DNA of 59,855 bases, from positions 2,378-62,232 of the forward strand of contig CAZTED010000001.1 in NCBI GenBank assembly GCA_964612175.1. The letters are read 5' to 3'. Shown piece after piece: positions 9,680 through 20,432 of the stretch (the stretch's first letter is position 1; each line of letters begins with the position of its first letter). The notes beneath the pieces were generated by a model. That model had not been told where the DNA came from, made no database searches, and saw only the letters and a program-made list of their open reading frames with translations. The DNA is from an uncultured Sphingomonadaceae bacterium (GTDB lineage: Bacteria; Pseudomonadota; Alphaproteobacteria; Sphingomonadales; Sphingomonadaceae). The position numbers and the translations under genes are program-made.

Positions 9680-10738
9680 ATGAAAGCCGAACTGGATATT
9701 CGCCGCCAGGGCCCTCTTGGCATCGTCACCCTCAACCGCCCGAAAGCGCTGCATTCGCTGAACCTTGCCATGTGCGAGGCGATGGCCGCAGCGCTGCTGG
9801 AATGGCGGGGCGATCCGGCGGTCGAAGTGGTGCTGATCGAGCACGCCCATGGCACGCGTGGTTTCTGCGCCGGGGGTGACGTGGTTTCCGTGCGCAAATC
9901 CGCGCTGGAGGATGGCGGTGCCGGGGGCCGCGCCTTCTTCATGGCCGAATACCGCCTCAACCACCTGCTCTACACCTATCCCAAGCCCGTCGTTGCTTTC
10001 ATGGACGGGGTGACCATGGGCGGCGGCGTGGGGATTGCCATGCCGGCGCGCTATCGCGTGGCGACGGAGAACACCCTTTTCGCCATGCCCGAGGGCGCGA
10101 TCGGATTGTTCCCCGATGTCGGCGCGGGGCTGTACCTGTCGCGCCTGCCGGGACAGCTCGGCAAGTTCCTGGCACTGACCGCGGCGCGGCTCGACGGGGC
10201 GGAGTGTTTGTGGGCAGGCCTTGCCACCCACTACCTCGCCGCCGATGACCTCGCCGAAGCAAAGGAGGCCATTGCGCGCGAGCCGCAGGCCTGCGCCGAC
10301 ATCCTGAAGGACCTGTCCTCTCCGCCCCCGCCTGCGCGGCTGGAAAGGAATGCTCAGCGGATCGACCGGCTGTTCGCGCCCGAAACGCTGGAAGGCGTGC
10401 TGGCCGCACTGAAGGCCGACCCTTCGGACTGGGCCGGCAAGGAGTTCAAGGCGGTTGCCGCCAAGTGCCCGGCCAGCAGCAAGGTGGCCCTGCGCCAGAT
10501 CGCGCTGGCCGCTGCGCAACCCGATTTCGCCGCCGAGATGGCGCTGGAATACCGCCTCGCCGCCCGCATGATCGCACGGCCTGACTTTGCCGAAGGCGTG
10601 CGGGCCGTACTGGTGGACAAGGACAACAGGCCGCACTGGCGCCCGGCAACACCCGAAGGCGTGACCCACGCCATGCTGGATGCGATCTTCGCGCCATTGC
10701 CGGTCGGGGAGGAATGGACCCCTTTTGCAGAAGATTGA
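9680..10738 (+). CDS. Enoyl-CoA hydratase/isomerase family, 3-hydroxyisobutyryl-CoA hydrolase-like
   Basis: LNRPKAL, FCAGGD, MGGGVG, AMPEGAIGLFPDVG and DFAEGVRAVLVDKD motifs. Confidence 0.9.
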   Translation: MKAELDIRRQGPLGIVTLNRPKALHSLNLAMCEAMAAALLEWRGDPAVEVVLIEHAHGTRGFCAGGDVVSVRKSALEDGGAGGRAFFMAEYRLNHLLYTYPKPVVAFMDGVTMGGGVGIAMPARYRVATENTLFAMPEGAIGLFPDVGAGLYLSRLPGQLGKFLALTAARLDGAECLWAGLATHYLAADDLAEAKEAIAREPQACADILKDLSSPPPPARLERNAQRIDRLFAPETLEGVLAALKADPSDWAGKEFKAVAAKCPASSKVALRQIALAAAQPDFAAEMALEYRLAARMIARPDFAEGVRAVLVDKDNRPHWRPATPEGVTHAMLDAIFAPLPVGEEWTPFAED

Positions 10739-10783
10739 GAGGGTGAAAGAATTTCTCGCAGGAAGTTTTGCACCACATGGGGC

Positions 10784-11710
10784 ATGGCGCACACCGCCAT
10801 GAAAAGCCTGACCCACCTCCAGCGGCTGGAAGCCGAAGCCATCCACATCATGCGCGAGGTTGCTGCCGAAGCGCAGAAGCCGGTGATGCTCTATTCGATT
10901 GGCAAGGACAGCGCCGTGATGCTGCACCTTGCCAAGAAGGCGTTCTACCCCGCGCCCCCGCCGTTCCCGCTGCTGCACGTGGACACCACCTGGAAGTTCA
11001 GGGACATGTACGCCCTGCGCGAGAAGAGCGCGCGCGATGCGGGGATGGAGCTGCTGGTCCACCAGAACCCGGAAGCCAAGGAACTGGGCATCAACCCGTT
11101 CGACCACGGGCCGCTGCACACCGACATGTGGAAGACGCAAGGGCTCAAGCAGGCGCTGGACCTCTACGGCTTCGACGCGGCCTTCGGCGGTGCCCGCCGC
11201 GATGAGGAAAAGAGCCGCGCCAAGGAACGCATCTTCTCCTTCCGCACCGCCAGCCACGGCTGGGACCCCAAGAACCAGCGGCCGGAACTCTGGAACGTCT
11301 ACAACACGCGCAAGAACAAGGGCGAAAGCATCCGCGTGTTCCCGATCTCCAACTGGACCGAACTCGACATCTGGCAGTACATCATGGCCGAGAACATCGA
11401 GATCGTGCCGCTCTATTTCTCCGCCCTGCGCCCGACCTACGAATACGAAGGCGGCCTGTTCATGGCCGACGATATCGAGCGGCTGGAGCGCGTGATGGGC
11501 AGGAAGCCCGAGATCACCATGAAGTCGGTCCGCTTCCGCACGCTGGGCTGTTTCCCGCTGACCGGCGCAGTCGAGAGCACGGCCTCCAACCTTTCCGAAG
11601 TGGTCCAGGAAATGCTGCTGACCACCACCAGCGAACGGCAGGGCCGCGTGATCGACAAGGATGCCGGTGACGGCTCGATGGAAAAGAAGAAGCAGGAGGG
11701 GTACTTCTGA
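10784..11710 (+). CDS. cysD: Sulfate adenylyltransferase subunit 2
   Basis: [28 protein letters not shown] and [10 protein letters not shown] motifs. Confidence 0.97.
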   Translation: MAHTAMKSLTHLQRLEAEAIHIMREVAAEAQKPVMLYSIGKDSAVMLHLAKKAFYPAPPPFPLLHVDTTWKFRDMYALREKSARDAGMELLVHQNPEAKELGINPFDHGPLHTDMWKTQGLKQALDLYGFDAAFGGARRDEEKSRAKERIFSFRTASHGWDPKNQRPELWNVYNTRKNKGESIRVFPISNWTELDIWQYIMAENIEIVPLYFSALRPTYEYEGGLFMADDIERLERVMGRKPEITMKSVRFRTLGCFPLTGAVESTASNLSEVVQEMLLTTTSERQGRVIDKDAGDGSMEKKKQEGYF

Positions 11711-13614
11711 TGACCGAGCAGGTTTACCAGACCGATGCCCTCATCGCCGAGGACATCGACGCCTACCTGGCGCAGCACCAGAACAAGACGCTGCTGCGCT
11801 TCATCACCTGCGGCAGCGTGGATGACGGCAAGAGCACCCTGATCGGGCGCCTGCTGTATGATTCCAAGATGATCTTCGAAGACCAGCTTGCCGCGCTGGA
11901 GGCGGACAGCAAACGCGTGGGCACGCAAGGTGGCGAGATCGACTTTGCCCTGCTGGTCGACGGCCTGACTGCCGAGCGCGAACAGGGCATCACCATCGAT
12001 GTCGCCTACCGCTTCTTCGCCACGGAAAAGCGCAAGTTCATCGTCGCCGATACGCCGGGCCACGAACAGTACACCCGCAACATGGTGACCGGCGCCTCCA
12101 CCGCCGACCTGGCCGTTATCCTGATCGATGCGCGCAAGGGCGTGCTGACGCAGACCCGGCGGCACAGCTTCCTGGCGCACCTGGTGGGCATCCGCCACAT
12201 CGTGCTGGCGGTGAACAAGATGGACCTGGTCGGATACGACCAGTCGACATTCGAGCATATCGTGGCCGACTATCGCAGCTTCGCGAAGGGCATCGGCATA
12301 ACCGAATTCACCGCGATCCCGATCTCCGGCTTCAAGGGCGACAACATCACCAATGCGCCCTCGGACAACACGCCCTGGTACGATGGCCCCAGCCTGATCC
12401 ACCACCTAGAAACGGTGGAAGTGGACAACACCACCGCGCAAGCCGCCGCCTTCCGCATGCCGGTCCAGTGGGTCAACCGCCCCAATCTCGATTTCCGCGG
12501 CTTCTCGGGCCTGATCACCAGCGGTTCGGTCAAGCCGGGCGACGCGGTGCGGATCGTGCCTTCGGGCAAGACCAGCACGGTCGCCTCGATCGTGACCATG
12601 AACGGCAACCTCGACGAAGCGGTGGCCGGTGAAGCCGTCACCATCACCCTGGCGGACGAGGTCGATTGCAGCCGCGGCAACGTGATCGCCGCTGCCGGCG
12701 ATCCGCCCGAAAGCGCCGACCAGTTCGAAGCAAACCTGGTTTGGATGAGCGACGAGGACCTGATCCCCGGCCGCGCCTACTGGATGAAGCTGGCCACGCA
12801 GACCGTGTCTGCCACGATCGCCCAGCCCAAGTACGAGATTGACGTCAACAGCCTCGAACACCTCGCCGCCAAGACGCTGAAGCTCAACGCCATCGGCGTG
12901 GCCGAAGTGACCACCGACAAGCCGATCACCTTCGAATCCTACGAAACCAGCAAGGCGCTGGGCGGGTTCATCCTGATCGACAAGCTGACCAATGCAACGG
13001 TCGGTGCGGGCACGATCAACTTCAGCCTCCGCCGTGCGCAGAACGTGCACTGGCAGGCGCTCGAGATCACCCGCGAACAGCACGCGGCAATGAAGAACCA
13101 GAGGCCCGCCGTGCTGTGGTTCACCGGCCTGTCGGGCAGCGGCAAGTCGACGATCGCCAACATGGTCGAGAAGAAGCTGCACCGGATGAACCGGCACACG
13201 TTCCTGCTCGATGGTGACAACGTACGCCATGGCCTCAACAAGGACCTCGGCTTCACCGAAGCCGACCGGATCGAGAACATCCGCCGCGTGGGCGAGGTGG
13301 CAAGGCTGATGGCCGATGCCGGGCTGATCGTCATCACCGCCTTCATCAGCCCGTTCCGGGCCGAGCGGCAGATGGTGCGCGAAATGCTGCCCGAGGGCGA
13401 GTTCATCGAGGTCCATGTCGACACCCCGCTCGCCGTGGCCGAGGCGCGCGACGTGAAGGGCTTGTACAAGAAGGCCCGCGAAGGCACTCTGAAGAACTTC
13501 ACCGGGATCGACAGCGCCTATGAAGAGCCAGAGACCCCCGAAATCCGCATCGATACAACGGCCATGACTGTGGAACAGGCAGCGGACATCATCATCGACC
13601 GGCTGCTCGGCTGA
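11710..13614 (+). CDS. cysNC: Sulfate adenylyltransferase subunit 1 / APS kinase fusion
   Basis: [17 protein letters not shown] and NKMD GTPase motifs; C-terminal GLSGSGKST and LDGDNVRH kinase motifs. Confidence 0.97.
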   Translation: MTEQVYQTDALIAEDIDAYLAQHQNKTLLRFITCGSVDDGKSTLIGRLLYDSKMIFEDQLAALEADSKRVGTQGGEIDFALLVDGLTAEREQGITIDVAYRFFATEKRKFIVADTPGHEQYTRNMVTGASTADLAVILIDARKGVLTQTRRHSFLAHLVGIRHIVLAVNKMDLVGYDQSTFEHIVADYRSFAKGIGITEFTAIPISGFKGDNITNAPSDNTPWYDGPSLIHHLETVEVDNTTAQAAAFRMPVQWVNRPNLDFRGFSGLITSGSVKPGDAVRIVPSGKTSTVASIVTMNGNLDEAVAGEAVTITLADEVDCSRGNVIAAAGDPPESADQFEANLVWMSDEDLIPGRAYWMKLATQTVSATIAQPKYEIDVNSLEHLAAKTLKLNAIGVAEVTTDKPITFESYETSKALGGFILIDKLTNATVGAGTINFSLRRAQNVHWQALEITREQHAAMKNQRPAVLWFTGLSGSGKSTIANMVEKKLHRMNRHTFLLDGDNVRHGLNKDLGFTEADRIENIRRVGEVARLMADAGLIVITAFISPFRAERQMVREMLPEGEFIEVHVDTPLAVAEARDVKGLYKKAREGTLKNFTGIDSAYEEPETPEIRIDTTAMTVEQAADIIIDRLLG

Positions 13615-14384
13615 TGGTGATGACCGACGGCGAACTGGCTGCCCACCTGGCCCAGGTTGCCGGGCGCATCCTGCTGGATGTGCGCGACAGCGGCGTGTTT
13701 GCCATGGATCCCACGGGCAAGGCACTGGGCAAGGCGGGGGACCAGACCGCCAACCAGTTCCTGGTCCATGCCCTGCGCCACCAGCGCCCGGACGATGGCC
13801 TGCTGTCCGAAGAAAGCAAGGACACGGCCGAGCGCCTGTCCAAGGGCCGGGTGTGGATCATCGATCCGGTCGACGGCACCCGCGAATATGGCGAAGCGCG
13901 CAGCGACTGGGCGGTGCACGTTGGTCTCGCGATCGATGGCGTGGCAACGGTGGGCGCGGTGGCGCTGCCTGGTCTTGCCAATGAAACGGGGACCGGCGGA
14001 GTGGTGCTGCGCAGCGACCAGCCCCGCGCCTTGCCACCGGCGCCCGAACGCCCGCGCCTCGTCGTCAGCCGCACGCGCCCGGCGGCCGAAGCCATTGCCG
14101 TGGCAGAAGCGCTGGATGGCGAGCTGGTCGGCATGGGCAGCGCCGGGGCCAAGGCCATGGCCGTGGTGCTGGGCGATGCCGAAATCTACCTCCATTCGGG
14201 CGGGCAGTACGAATGGGACAGCTGCGCCCCGGTGGCCGTGGCTGCCGCCCATGGCCTCCATTGCAGCCGTATCGACGGCAGCCCGATGCGCTACAACCAG
14301 CCGGACACCTACTTGCCGGACCTGCTGATCTGCCGCCCCGAATGGGCCGAGCCGGTGCTGGCGCGCCTGCGCGACGGGTTCTGA
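13614..14384 (+). CDS. cysQ: 3'(2'),5'-bisphosphate nucleotidase
   Basis: LSEE, WIIDPVDGTREY and EWDSCAP motifs; coupled to cysNC. Confidence 0.92.
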   Translation: MVMTDGELAAHLAQVAGRILLDVRDSGVFAMDPTGKALGKAGDQTANQFLVHALRHQRPDDGLLSEESKDTAERLSKGRVWIIDPVDGTREYGEARSDWAVHVGLAIDGVATVGAVALPGLANETGTGGVVLRSDQPRALPPAPERPRLVVSRTRPAAEAIAVAEALDGELVGMGSAGAKAMAVVLGDAEIYLHSGGQYEWDSCAPVAVAAAHGLHCSRIDGSPMRYNQPDTYLPDLLICRPEWAEPVLARLRDGF

Positions 14385-14398
14385 CCCGCCTCAGCTGG

Positions 14399-15727
14399 TC
14401 AGGACCACTTCCACGGTCCGGTAATCGCCAGGGTGCGGGTGGGCGAGAAGGCATTGACGAACAGCGTGCGACCATCGGGCGAGAAGCAGGCGCCGGCAAG
14501 TTCGGTGGGCAGATTCAGCCGGGCGAAGGCATAGGCCCGGCCATCCGGCGTGATGCCGCGCAAATGGTTGACCGCACCATCGGTATACTGGTCCTCGCAC
14601 ACGATCAGGTGGCCGTCGGGCGCGATGGTCAGGTTGTCGCCGAAGCTGTATTCCGCGCGCGAGCCACTTTCGTAGAACAGGTCGAGCATGTCGGGTCCAT
14701 GCAGGGTCGGTCGCAGTCGGAAGATCTGCCCTTCACGCGCCGCGCCACCTGAAGTGGCGGTGAAGTAGAACTCGCCCTCGCCCATCCAGATGCCCTCGCC
14801 CCGGGCAAAGACCGCCGCGCCCAATGCCGCGCCGCGCACCCGCAGGTCGTCTTCCGGCGCTTCTGGGTTGTCGAGCGTGACCCAGCGGCCCGCCACCATT
14901 TGCCCCGGCACCAGAACCACGCCATCGCGGTTGCGGGTGTCTGAAATCCCGTCAAGCACCAGCGCCTGCAAGGTACCGCCATCGACCAGCCGTCCCGGTC
15001 GGGTGGGGATGAAGCGGTAGAGCAGCCCGTCGTCGCGGTCCTCGGTCAGGTAGGCGATGCCGGTCGCCGGATCGATCACCACAGCCTCATGGTTGAAGCG
15101 GCCCATCGCCGTGAGCGGCACGGGATCGACCTGCCGCTCGGCATTGGCAGGCACTTCGAATACCCAGCCATGATCGCGGTTGGCGGTGCGGCCATCGGCG
15201 CGGGCGACGTTCTCCTCGCAGGTGAGCCAGCTCCCCCAGGGCGTGACCCCACCAGCGCAGTTGCGGATGGTGCCGGCCAGGCTGCGGTACTGCCGCTTCA
15301 CTGCCAGCGTCTGCGCATCCATCACGATCGTGGTGGTGCCACCGGGCAGCGGCACCAGGCTGCGCGCCACGGTATCGAAGGCCGGGCCACTGGCGCCGCC
15401 GTTGTCCTGCCCGGGCGAAAGCTCATGGTTCCTTACCAGCGCCCATTCGCCGTTGCCGATATCGAAACATCCCATACCGTCGGCATAGTCCGGCACAGTA
15501 CCGCCATCGCCCATCACATCGCCAAGCGAAGAGAGCACGCGGTAGGAAAAGCCCTGCGGCAGGTCGATCAGGCCGGCAGCATCGGGCACCAGCGCGCCAT
15601 AGTCCGCACCAACCTCAAGCGCCGCAAGCCCGCCGGACCTGGCAGCGCAGCCGGCTGCAGCCAGTGCGGCAAAGGCGCTGCCGGTGGCGCGCAGGAACTG
15701 GCGGCGATCGGCCTGGACGACGGTCAT
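14399..15727 (-). CDS. PhoX-like (DUF839) alkaline phosphatase, Tat-exported
   Basis: DRRQFL Tat signal; RNHE, NCAGGVTPWGSWLTCEE, GRFNHEA, RGEG and ELAGACFSPDG motifs. Confidence 0.87.
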   Translation of the reverse strand: MTVVQADRRQFLRATGSAFAALAAAGCAARSGGLAALEVGADYGALVPDAAGLIDLPQGFSYRVLSSLGDVMGDGGTVPDYADGMGCFDIGNGEWALVRNHELSPGQDNGGASGPAFDTVARSLVPLPGGTTTIVMDAQTLAVKRQYRSLAGTIRNCAGGVTPWGSWLTCEENVARADGRTANRDHGWVFEVPANAERQVDPVPLTAMGRFNHEAVVIDPATGIAYLTEDRDDGLLYRFIPTRPGRLVDGGTLQALVLDGISDTRNRDGVVLVPGQMVAGRWVTLDNPEAPEDDLRVRGAALGAAVFARGEGIWMGEGEFYFTATSGGAAREGQIFRLRPTLHGPDMLDLFYESGSRAEYSFGDNLTIAPDGHLIVCEDQYTDGAVNHLRGITPDGRAYAFARLNLPTELAGACFSPDGRTLFVNAFSPTRTLAITGPWKWS

Positions 15728-15811
15728 CCTTAGTCTCCCGGATAGGTTTGCCGACAATAGCCTGCCTGCGTGACAAGTGCATGTCTTCTCGTGCCGCAAG
15801 CCAACCGCGAG

Positions 15812-16273
15812 TTACAGGGGCTTGTCGAACACCCGCCGCTCGATCACCCCAAGAACGGTGACCATCAGCAGGGACCCTGCCACGGCAACCGCCACCAGCG
15901 GCCATTGCCCCGCCCCGCAGGCTATGCCCACGACAGATGTCAGCCAGATATGCGCCGCCGTGGTAAGGTTCTTCACCTCCCCGCCCGAGAACACCACCAG
16001 CCCCGCGCCGACCAGCCCGACAAAGGCCCCCACCGCCTCGAACAGCCGCAAGGGATCGATCCGTTCGCCACCCAGCTGCAGGTAAAGCGCGATCATCGAT
16101 ACCGTCGTGCCGGCGCTGGCAAAGCAGATCAGGCCGTGGGTGCGCAGGCCCGCCGGGTTGCGGTGCAGTTCACGGTCGAGCCCCAGCAGCAGGCCGATGA
16201 CCCCTGCCGCCGCCAGCCGCAACAGCAGCTCGCCATCAAGGGCATCGATCGGCACCGGTTGGTTGAGCAGCAT
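15812..16273 (-). CDS. MgtC/SapB family membrane protein (membrane domain only)
   Basis: GLDRE, AGLRTH and LTTAAHIW motifs. Confidence 0.87.
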   Translation of the reverse strand: MLLNQPVPIDALDGELLLRLAAAGVIGLLLGLDRELHRNPAGLRTHGLICFASAGTTVSMIALYLQLGGERIDPLRLFEAVGAFVGLVGAGLVVFSGGEVKNLTTAAHIWLTSVVGIACGAGQWPLVAVAVAGSLLMVTVLGVIERRVFDKPL

Positions 16274-16354
16274 GTCTCGTCCTCCCCTCTTGTCGGCAGG
16301 GAGGTAGCGCAGACCGCCCCTTCCCCGCAATCGCAAGGAAGGGTGCCGGTTCCC

Positions 16355-17371
16355 TCAAAGACCGAGCGCTGCCACCACGTCGGCCCAGCTGACCAGCTTG
16401 AAGTTCTGCGCGGCGGGCGGATTGATGCCATCCTGCGCCACGAACAGGCCTTGCGGGTAAAGCGGCCCGAAGTCACCCAGGACAAGGTCGATCCCGTCGG
16501 TTTCCTGCGTTGCGCCGAAAGTCCCTGCCGCAATGGCGAAGCGGCCCACCGGGGTCACGCCGGGCAGCGCGAACACGGCATAGGCATTGTCGCCCTGGCT
16601 GGATGCCACGAGATAGCCGCCATCGGTGCCGGCCGGCGCAATGGCCAGCCCTTCGAGGTCGGCGACGATGTACTGGTTGTCGATTGTCGCCACCAGATCG
16701 CCGGTGGTGGCGCCGGCGGCAAAGCGCCACAGCCCGCCCACTTCCTCGCCCACATAGAGCGTGCCGTTGCGGTTATCGACCACGCAGCCTTCCGGCTGGG
16801 TGGCAACGGTCAGCGTGCGCTCCGTGGTGAAGGCGGGCTGCGCACCCGAAAGGTCGATCCGCACCTCGTGGGTTTGGCCTTGCTTGAGCACCGAATAGGC
16901 CTTCAAGACGCCGCCATGGGTGCCCAGGCACAGGCCATAGCCCTCGCCCGCCCCGCCCGGGCCATTGGCCAGCAGTTCGAGCGTGGCGGTGGACGTGTCC
17001 AGCCGGTAGACCTGCAGCACGGCCCGGGTCAGGTCGTTGCGGTCGCTCGCCACCACGATCACGCCCTGCGGCCCGAGGTCGACCAGGTCGACATTGTTGA
17101 CCATGCCGCTGTTGGTGAAGCTGCGGATCTCGCCGTCGAGGCCATAGACATAGAGCCCGGCCTTCTTGTCGGTGGCGACGATCAGGCTGCCCGCCGGGTT
17201 CGCCGCATTGCGCCAGATCGCCGGATCGTCGGCCGCGTCCTGGTTGCTGGTGCCGACCGGCACGGTCTCGGCAAGCGCCGTGACCGATACCGGGGGCAGG
17301 CCCTGCGGCAGTGTGGTGCAGGCGGCAAGGGCCAAGGCCCCCGCCGCTGCGATGAGAAGCCGCGCGCCCAT
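16355..17371 (-). CDS. Beta-propeller phytase, lipoprotein
   Basis: DAADDPAIW, NNVD, QPEGCVVD, DLEGL, SSQGDN and QNFK motifs; lipobox LAAC. Confidence 0.92.
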   Translation of the reverse strand: MGARLLIAAAGALALAACTTLPQGLPPVSVTALAETVPVGTSNQDAADDPAIWRNAANPAGSLIVATDKKAGLYVYGLDGEIRSFTNSGMVNNVDLVDLGPQGVIVVASDRNDLTRAVLQVYRLDTSTATLELLANGPGGAGEGYGLCLGTHGGVLKAYSVLKQGQTHEVRIDLSGAQPAFTTERTLTVATQPEGCVVDNRNGTLYVGEEVGGLWRFAAGATTGDLVATIDNQYIVADLEGLAIAPAGTDGGYLVASSQGDNAYAVFALPGVTPVGRFAIAAGTFGATQETDGIDLVLGDFGPLYPQGLFVAQDGINPPAAQNFKLVSWADVVAALGL

Positions 17372-20139
17372 CAGAAGTTGATTCTCACGCCGCCGGTGAA
17401 GCGACGCCCGAACTGCTCCCACTCGATCGTGTGGCTATCGGTAAACGGTGTGGGCGTGCCCGTGGCCGTAAGCAGGTTGCCCGGTTCCGAGAAGCGCCTG
17501 CCCGGATTATTGAGCAGGTTGGCCGCATCGAAATAAACCTCGAAGTTCGGGGTAAAGGCATACCGGGCGGAAAAATCGAGCGAGTCAGCCGAATCCCAAT
17601 AGGTATCCCCGGCATCGGTCAGGTCATCGGCAACGCCATCCAGCCATGCGCTGCGGCGCTGATACTGCAGGCGCAACGAGACGCCATACTTCTCGTAGTA
17701 TCCGCCAACATTGTAGATCAGGTCGGACGTACCCGGCAGGCGCACCCGGCGATCCGGCACGAGCCCGATAGCGGGCTTCGTCACCGCGCTGTCGTTCAGC
17801 GTCACGTTGCTGCTGATACCGAAGCCACCCATCCATTCGGGCAGGCCAAGGCTGTCGGTCCACGGCTCAAGCTGCAGCTGGGCTGCAGCCTCAAGGCCGA
17901 AGATCCGACCGTTGCCGCCATTGGTGATGCCGGAGAAGGCATAGGCCGAACGGTCGATCCCGTTGCTGTTAAGCGCATCGGAGCCGAAAGTGCGGCGCTG
18001 GATGTACAGGACGTCTTCCACCCGCTTGTAGAAAGCGCCGAACATCAGATAGCCCTGCGGACGAACATACCATTCGAAATAGGCGTCCACGCCCATGGCC
18101 CGTTCCGGATCCACGGCGGGATTGCCACCAGAGATGGTCTCGTTGGCATCGTCCACCACCACGTTCGGACGAAGCTGGTCGTAATCTGCGCGAGCCGCAC
18201 CGGTGTTGAACGACAGGCGCAGGCGCTTGTCGTCATCAAGGTCGTAATTGAAGTGCAGGCTGGGGAAGATCAGCGTCTTGTCACTGATGGCAGTGACCGG
18301 CCCGGTCACGCCGCCAACGGTAGCGACAGCTTCGCCCCGGTTGCGCAGGTGCTCAACGCGGGCACCGCCCACGATCGAACCCCAGTCGTACCGCAGCGTG
18401 CCCATCAGGAACCCGGCATAGACCTGCTCACGCACTTCATAGATGTTGCCGGTGTTGCTCACGAAGGGGAACAGGCGGGCTGCAGTCTCGCCGGCCTCAA
18501 GCAGACGTTCGATGTCGTAGTAGCCGAAGGTATAGCCCATCGGCAGGCGGCCCTGGAACGGCAGGTCGATGGTGAGGTCATTGTAGTTGGTCGACAGGCC
18601 GGTAGCGGCCAGATCGGTCGCGCTCGTCAGCGTGATCGACTGGTCGAAAACCGACTTGGTTCGCTGGTCGAACTGGAACCCGGCACGAAGGATCGCGTCT
18701 GCACCCAGCAGGCTGGTCTCGCGGTTGAGGAACAGGCGGCCGGTGTAGGCCTCGGTCGTGTCGAGTGCCTCGGTCACGCCGAACTGGCTGAGCGGTTTGG
18801 TAAAGGTGTCGACATCCGTCACCGCCGTGCCGCGCTGGAAACGCGTCGGGCTGGACAATTGCAGCGTGGTGAACAGCTGCGGGGTATTCACATTCACGTT
18901 AGTGAAGTCATAGGCCACGGTCGGTCGCAGCGTGCGGGTGGAAGGACTGTTCCAGCGCGCCTCACCCTGGATCGAGCGATCATCAAGGCTCTCGGTGTAG
19001 TTGCCGAGCCACTCGAGTTGCCAGCCGTCGGCAAATCCGTGCTGCCCTTCCAGCGTGGTAGTGAAGATCGACTGGTAGCGGTTACGCTGGGTCGAGCGCT
19101 GGTTTATGTCGATGCCGTAGACCGTGCCAGCAAACGGAGTGTTGCCGATACACACATCGGCATATCCGGTGTTGGTCGGTGTGGAATTGACCGCGGTCTG
19201 GCACTCAGCAGAACTGTTCGACAAGTCTCCCTGGCGGTCATCGAGGTCGAAGATGTAGTTATCGCGCGCTTCGTCATCCTGGAAGCGGGTGTAGACCGAA
19301 CGCAGCGAAACCAGGTTATCGGGGTCGAGACGCCAGTCGAGCCGGCCGGATACCGACCAGTTATAGCGCGTGAGGCGATAGAGCTTGTTTTCAGTCTCAC
19401 GCGCCCAGAACCGCGTTGCATTGCCCGGGCGCTGGTCCTGGCTGACCCGTTCCCAGTCAATCTCGTAGTTGTCGGTGATCATGTTGCGTTCGTAGTAGCT
19501 GCCCGACACGAGCAGGCCGAAGTCGCCTGCCCCCGTTTCGAACCGGTCCGACACCACGATCGAGCCTTCATACTGGTTCCTGTCGCCCAGTTCGGCGATG
19601 CCGTAACCAAGCTTTCCAGCCAGGTGGAACCCTGAATAGTCGAATGCCGACCGCGTCACGATGTTGATGTTGCCCGCCACTGTTTCACCCGGCATGTCGG
19701 GGGTCACGGCCTTGTTCACGACAATGAGCGAAGCAATAGCAGAGGGGATCGAATCAAACCGGGCATCGCGGCCTTCGGGGCTGACCACGTTGATCCCGTC
19801 GAAGCTGAGCGTGGTCCAGTAGTTGGGCGCGCCGCGCAGGCTCACATAGCGCGCCTGGCCCTGATCGCTTTCCACGGCTACGCCGGGGAGGCGGCTTGCG
19901 GCTTGGGCAATGTTCTGGTCGGGCAGGCGGCCCACGCTGTCGGCAGCAGCGACCGTCACCAGAGAGTCAGAAGCGCGCTGAACGGCCAGGGCCGCAGCCT
20001 CGGACTCGGCAATCGGGCGCAAGCCGCTGACGATGATGACATCGTCGGCCGGTGCGGCATCCTGTGCAAATGCCGGCGCGGCAAGGGCCATAGCGATCGC
20101 GGCGGTGCAGGCGGAAAGGGTGTAGCGGGTGCGAGCCAT
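17371..20139 (-). CDS. TonB-dependent receptor (phytase-associated)
   Basis: Signal peptide, plug region (LPDQNIAQAASRLPGV), barrel ending in RINF; TGATG-coupled to the phytase. Confidence 0.93.
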   Translation of the reverse strand: MARTRYTLSACTAAIAMALAAPAFAQDAAPADDVIIVSGLRPIAESEAAALAVQRASDSLVTVAAADSVGRLPDQNIAQAASRLPGVAVESDQGQARYVSLRGAPNYWTTLSFDGINVVSPEGRDARFDSIPSAIASLIVVNKAVTPDMPGETVAGNINIVTRSAFDYSGFHLAGKLGYGIAELGDRNQYEGSIVVSDRFETGAGDFGLLVSGSYYERNMITDNYEIDWERVSQDQRPGNATRFWARETENKLYRLTRYNWSVSGRLDWRLDPDNLVSLRSVYTRFQDDEARDNYIFDLDDRQGDLSNSSAECQTAVNSTPTNTGYADVCIGNTPFAGTVYGIDINQRSTQRNRYQSIFTTTLEGQHGFADGWQLEWLGNYTESLDDRSIQGEARWNSPSTRTLRPTVAYDFTNVNVNTPQLFTTLQLSSPTRFQRGTAVTDVDTFTKPLSQFGVTEALDTTEAYTGRLFLNRETSLLGADAILRAGFQFDQRTKSVFDQSITLTSATDLAATGLSTNYNDLTIDLPFQGRLPMGYTFGYYDIERLLEAGETAARLFPFVSNTGNIYEVREQVYAGFLMGTLRYDWGSIVGGARVEHLRNRGEAVATVGGVTGPVTAISDKTLIFPSLHFNYDLDDDKRLRLSFNTGAARADYDQLRPNVVVDDANETISGGNPAVDPERAMGVDAYFEWYVRPQGYLMFGAFYKRVEDVLYIQRRTFGSDALNSNGIDRSAYAFSGITNGGNGRIFGLEAAAQLQLEPWTDSLGLPEWMGGFGISSNVTLNDSAVTKPAIGLVPDRRVRLPGTSDLIYNVGGYYEKYGVSLRLQYQRRSAWLDGVADDLTDAGDTYWDSADSLDFSARYAFTPNFEVYFDAANLLNNPGRRFSEPGNLLTATGTPTPFTDSHTIEWEQFGRRFTGGVRINF

Positions 20140-20174
20140 CGGGATACCGTCCTTGTTGTTGACGGCTGCCCGAT

Positions 20175-20214
20175 GGCGACATGATGTTTCAGCGACGCGA
20201 CAGAAATGTTGCGC
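20175..20214 (-). promoter_or_regulatory. Possible Pho box
   Basis: Minus strand CTGTCGC-gtcg-CTGAAAC with 11-bp spacing, upstream of the receptor-phytase operon; degenerate match to CTGTCAT. Confidence 0.4.
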
Positions 20215-20270
20215 TTTGCGGACTCGGGAGATGGGTGGCGGATCTGCAACAGGTCTCCGCCGCCTGGGGG

Positions 20271-20432
20271 TCAGTCCTGATCAGCCTCCGCCAGCGCCTG
20301 CGAATGCCGCCAGCGATAGAGCGTCTTTTCCGTGATGCCGTATTCGCGGCAGCTTTCGGTCACGCCCCGGCCCGAGGCGATGAGCGCCTCGATTGCGCGG
20401 CACTTCGCGTCCTTGTCGGGGATGCGGGTCAT
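20271..20432 (-). CDS. 53-aa helix-turn-helix protein resembling the IS3-family OrfA HTH
   Basis: MTRIPDKDAKCRAIEALIASGRGVTESCREYGITEKTLYRWRHSQALAEADQD; TGATG overlap with the sulP stop; shorter than any ORF in the track. Confidence 0.65.
   Translation of the reverse strand: MTRIPDKDAKCRAIEALIASGRGVTESCREYGITEKTLYRWRHSQALAEADQD

Noticed and set aside
10784..14384. cysD-cysNC-cysQ or the persulfide cluster as sulfur donor for LarE
   Set aside because: Ordinary, separately organised loci 15-30 kb away; no sequence evidence of a link.
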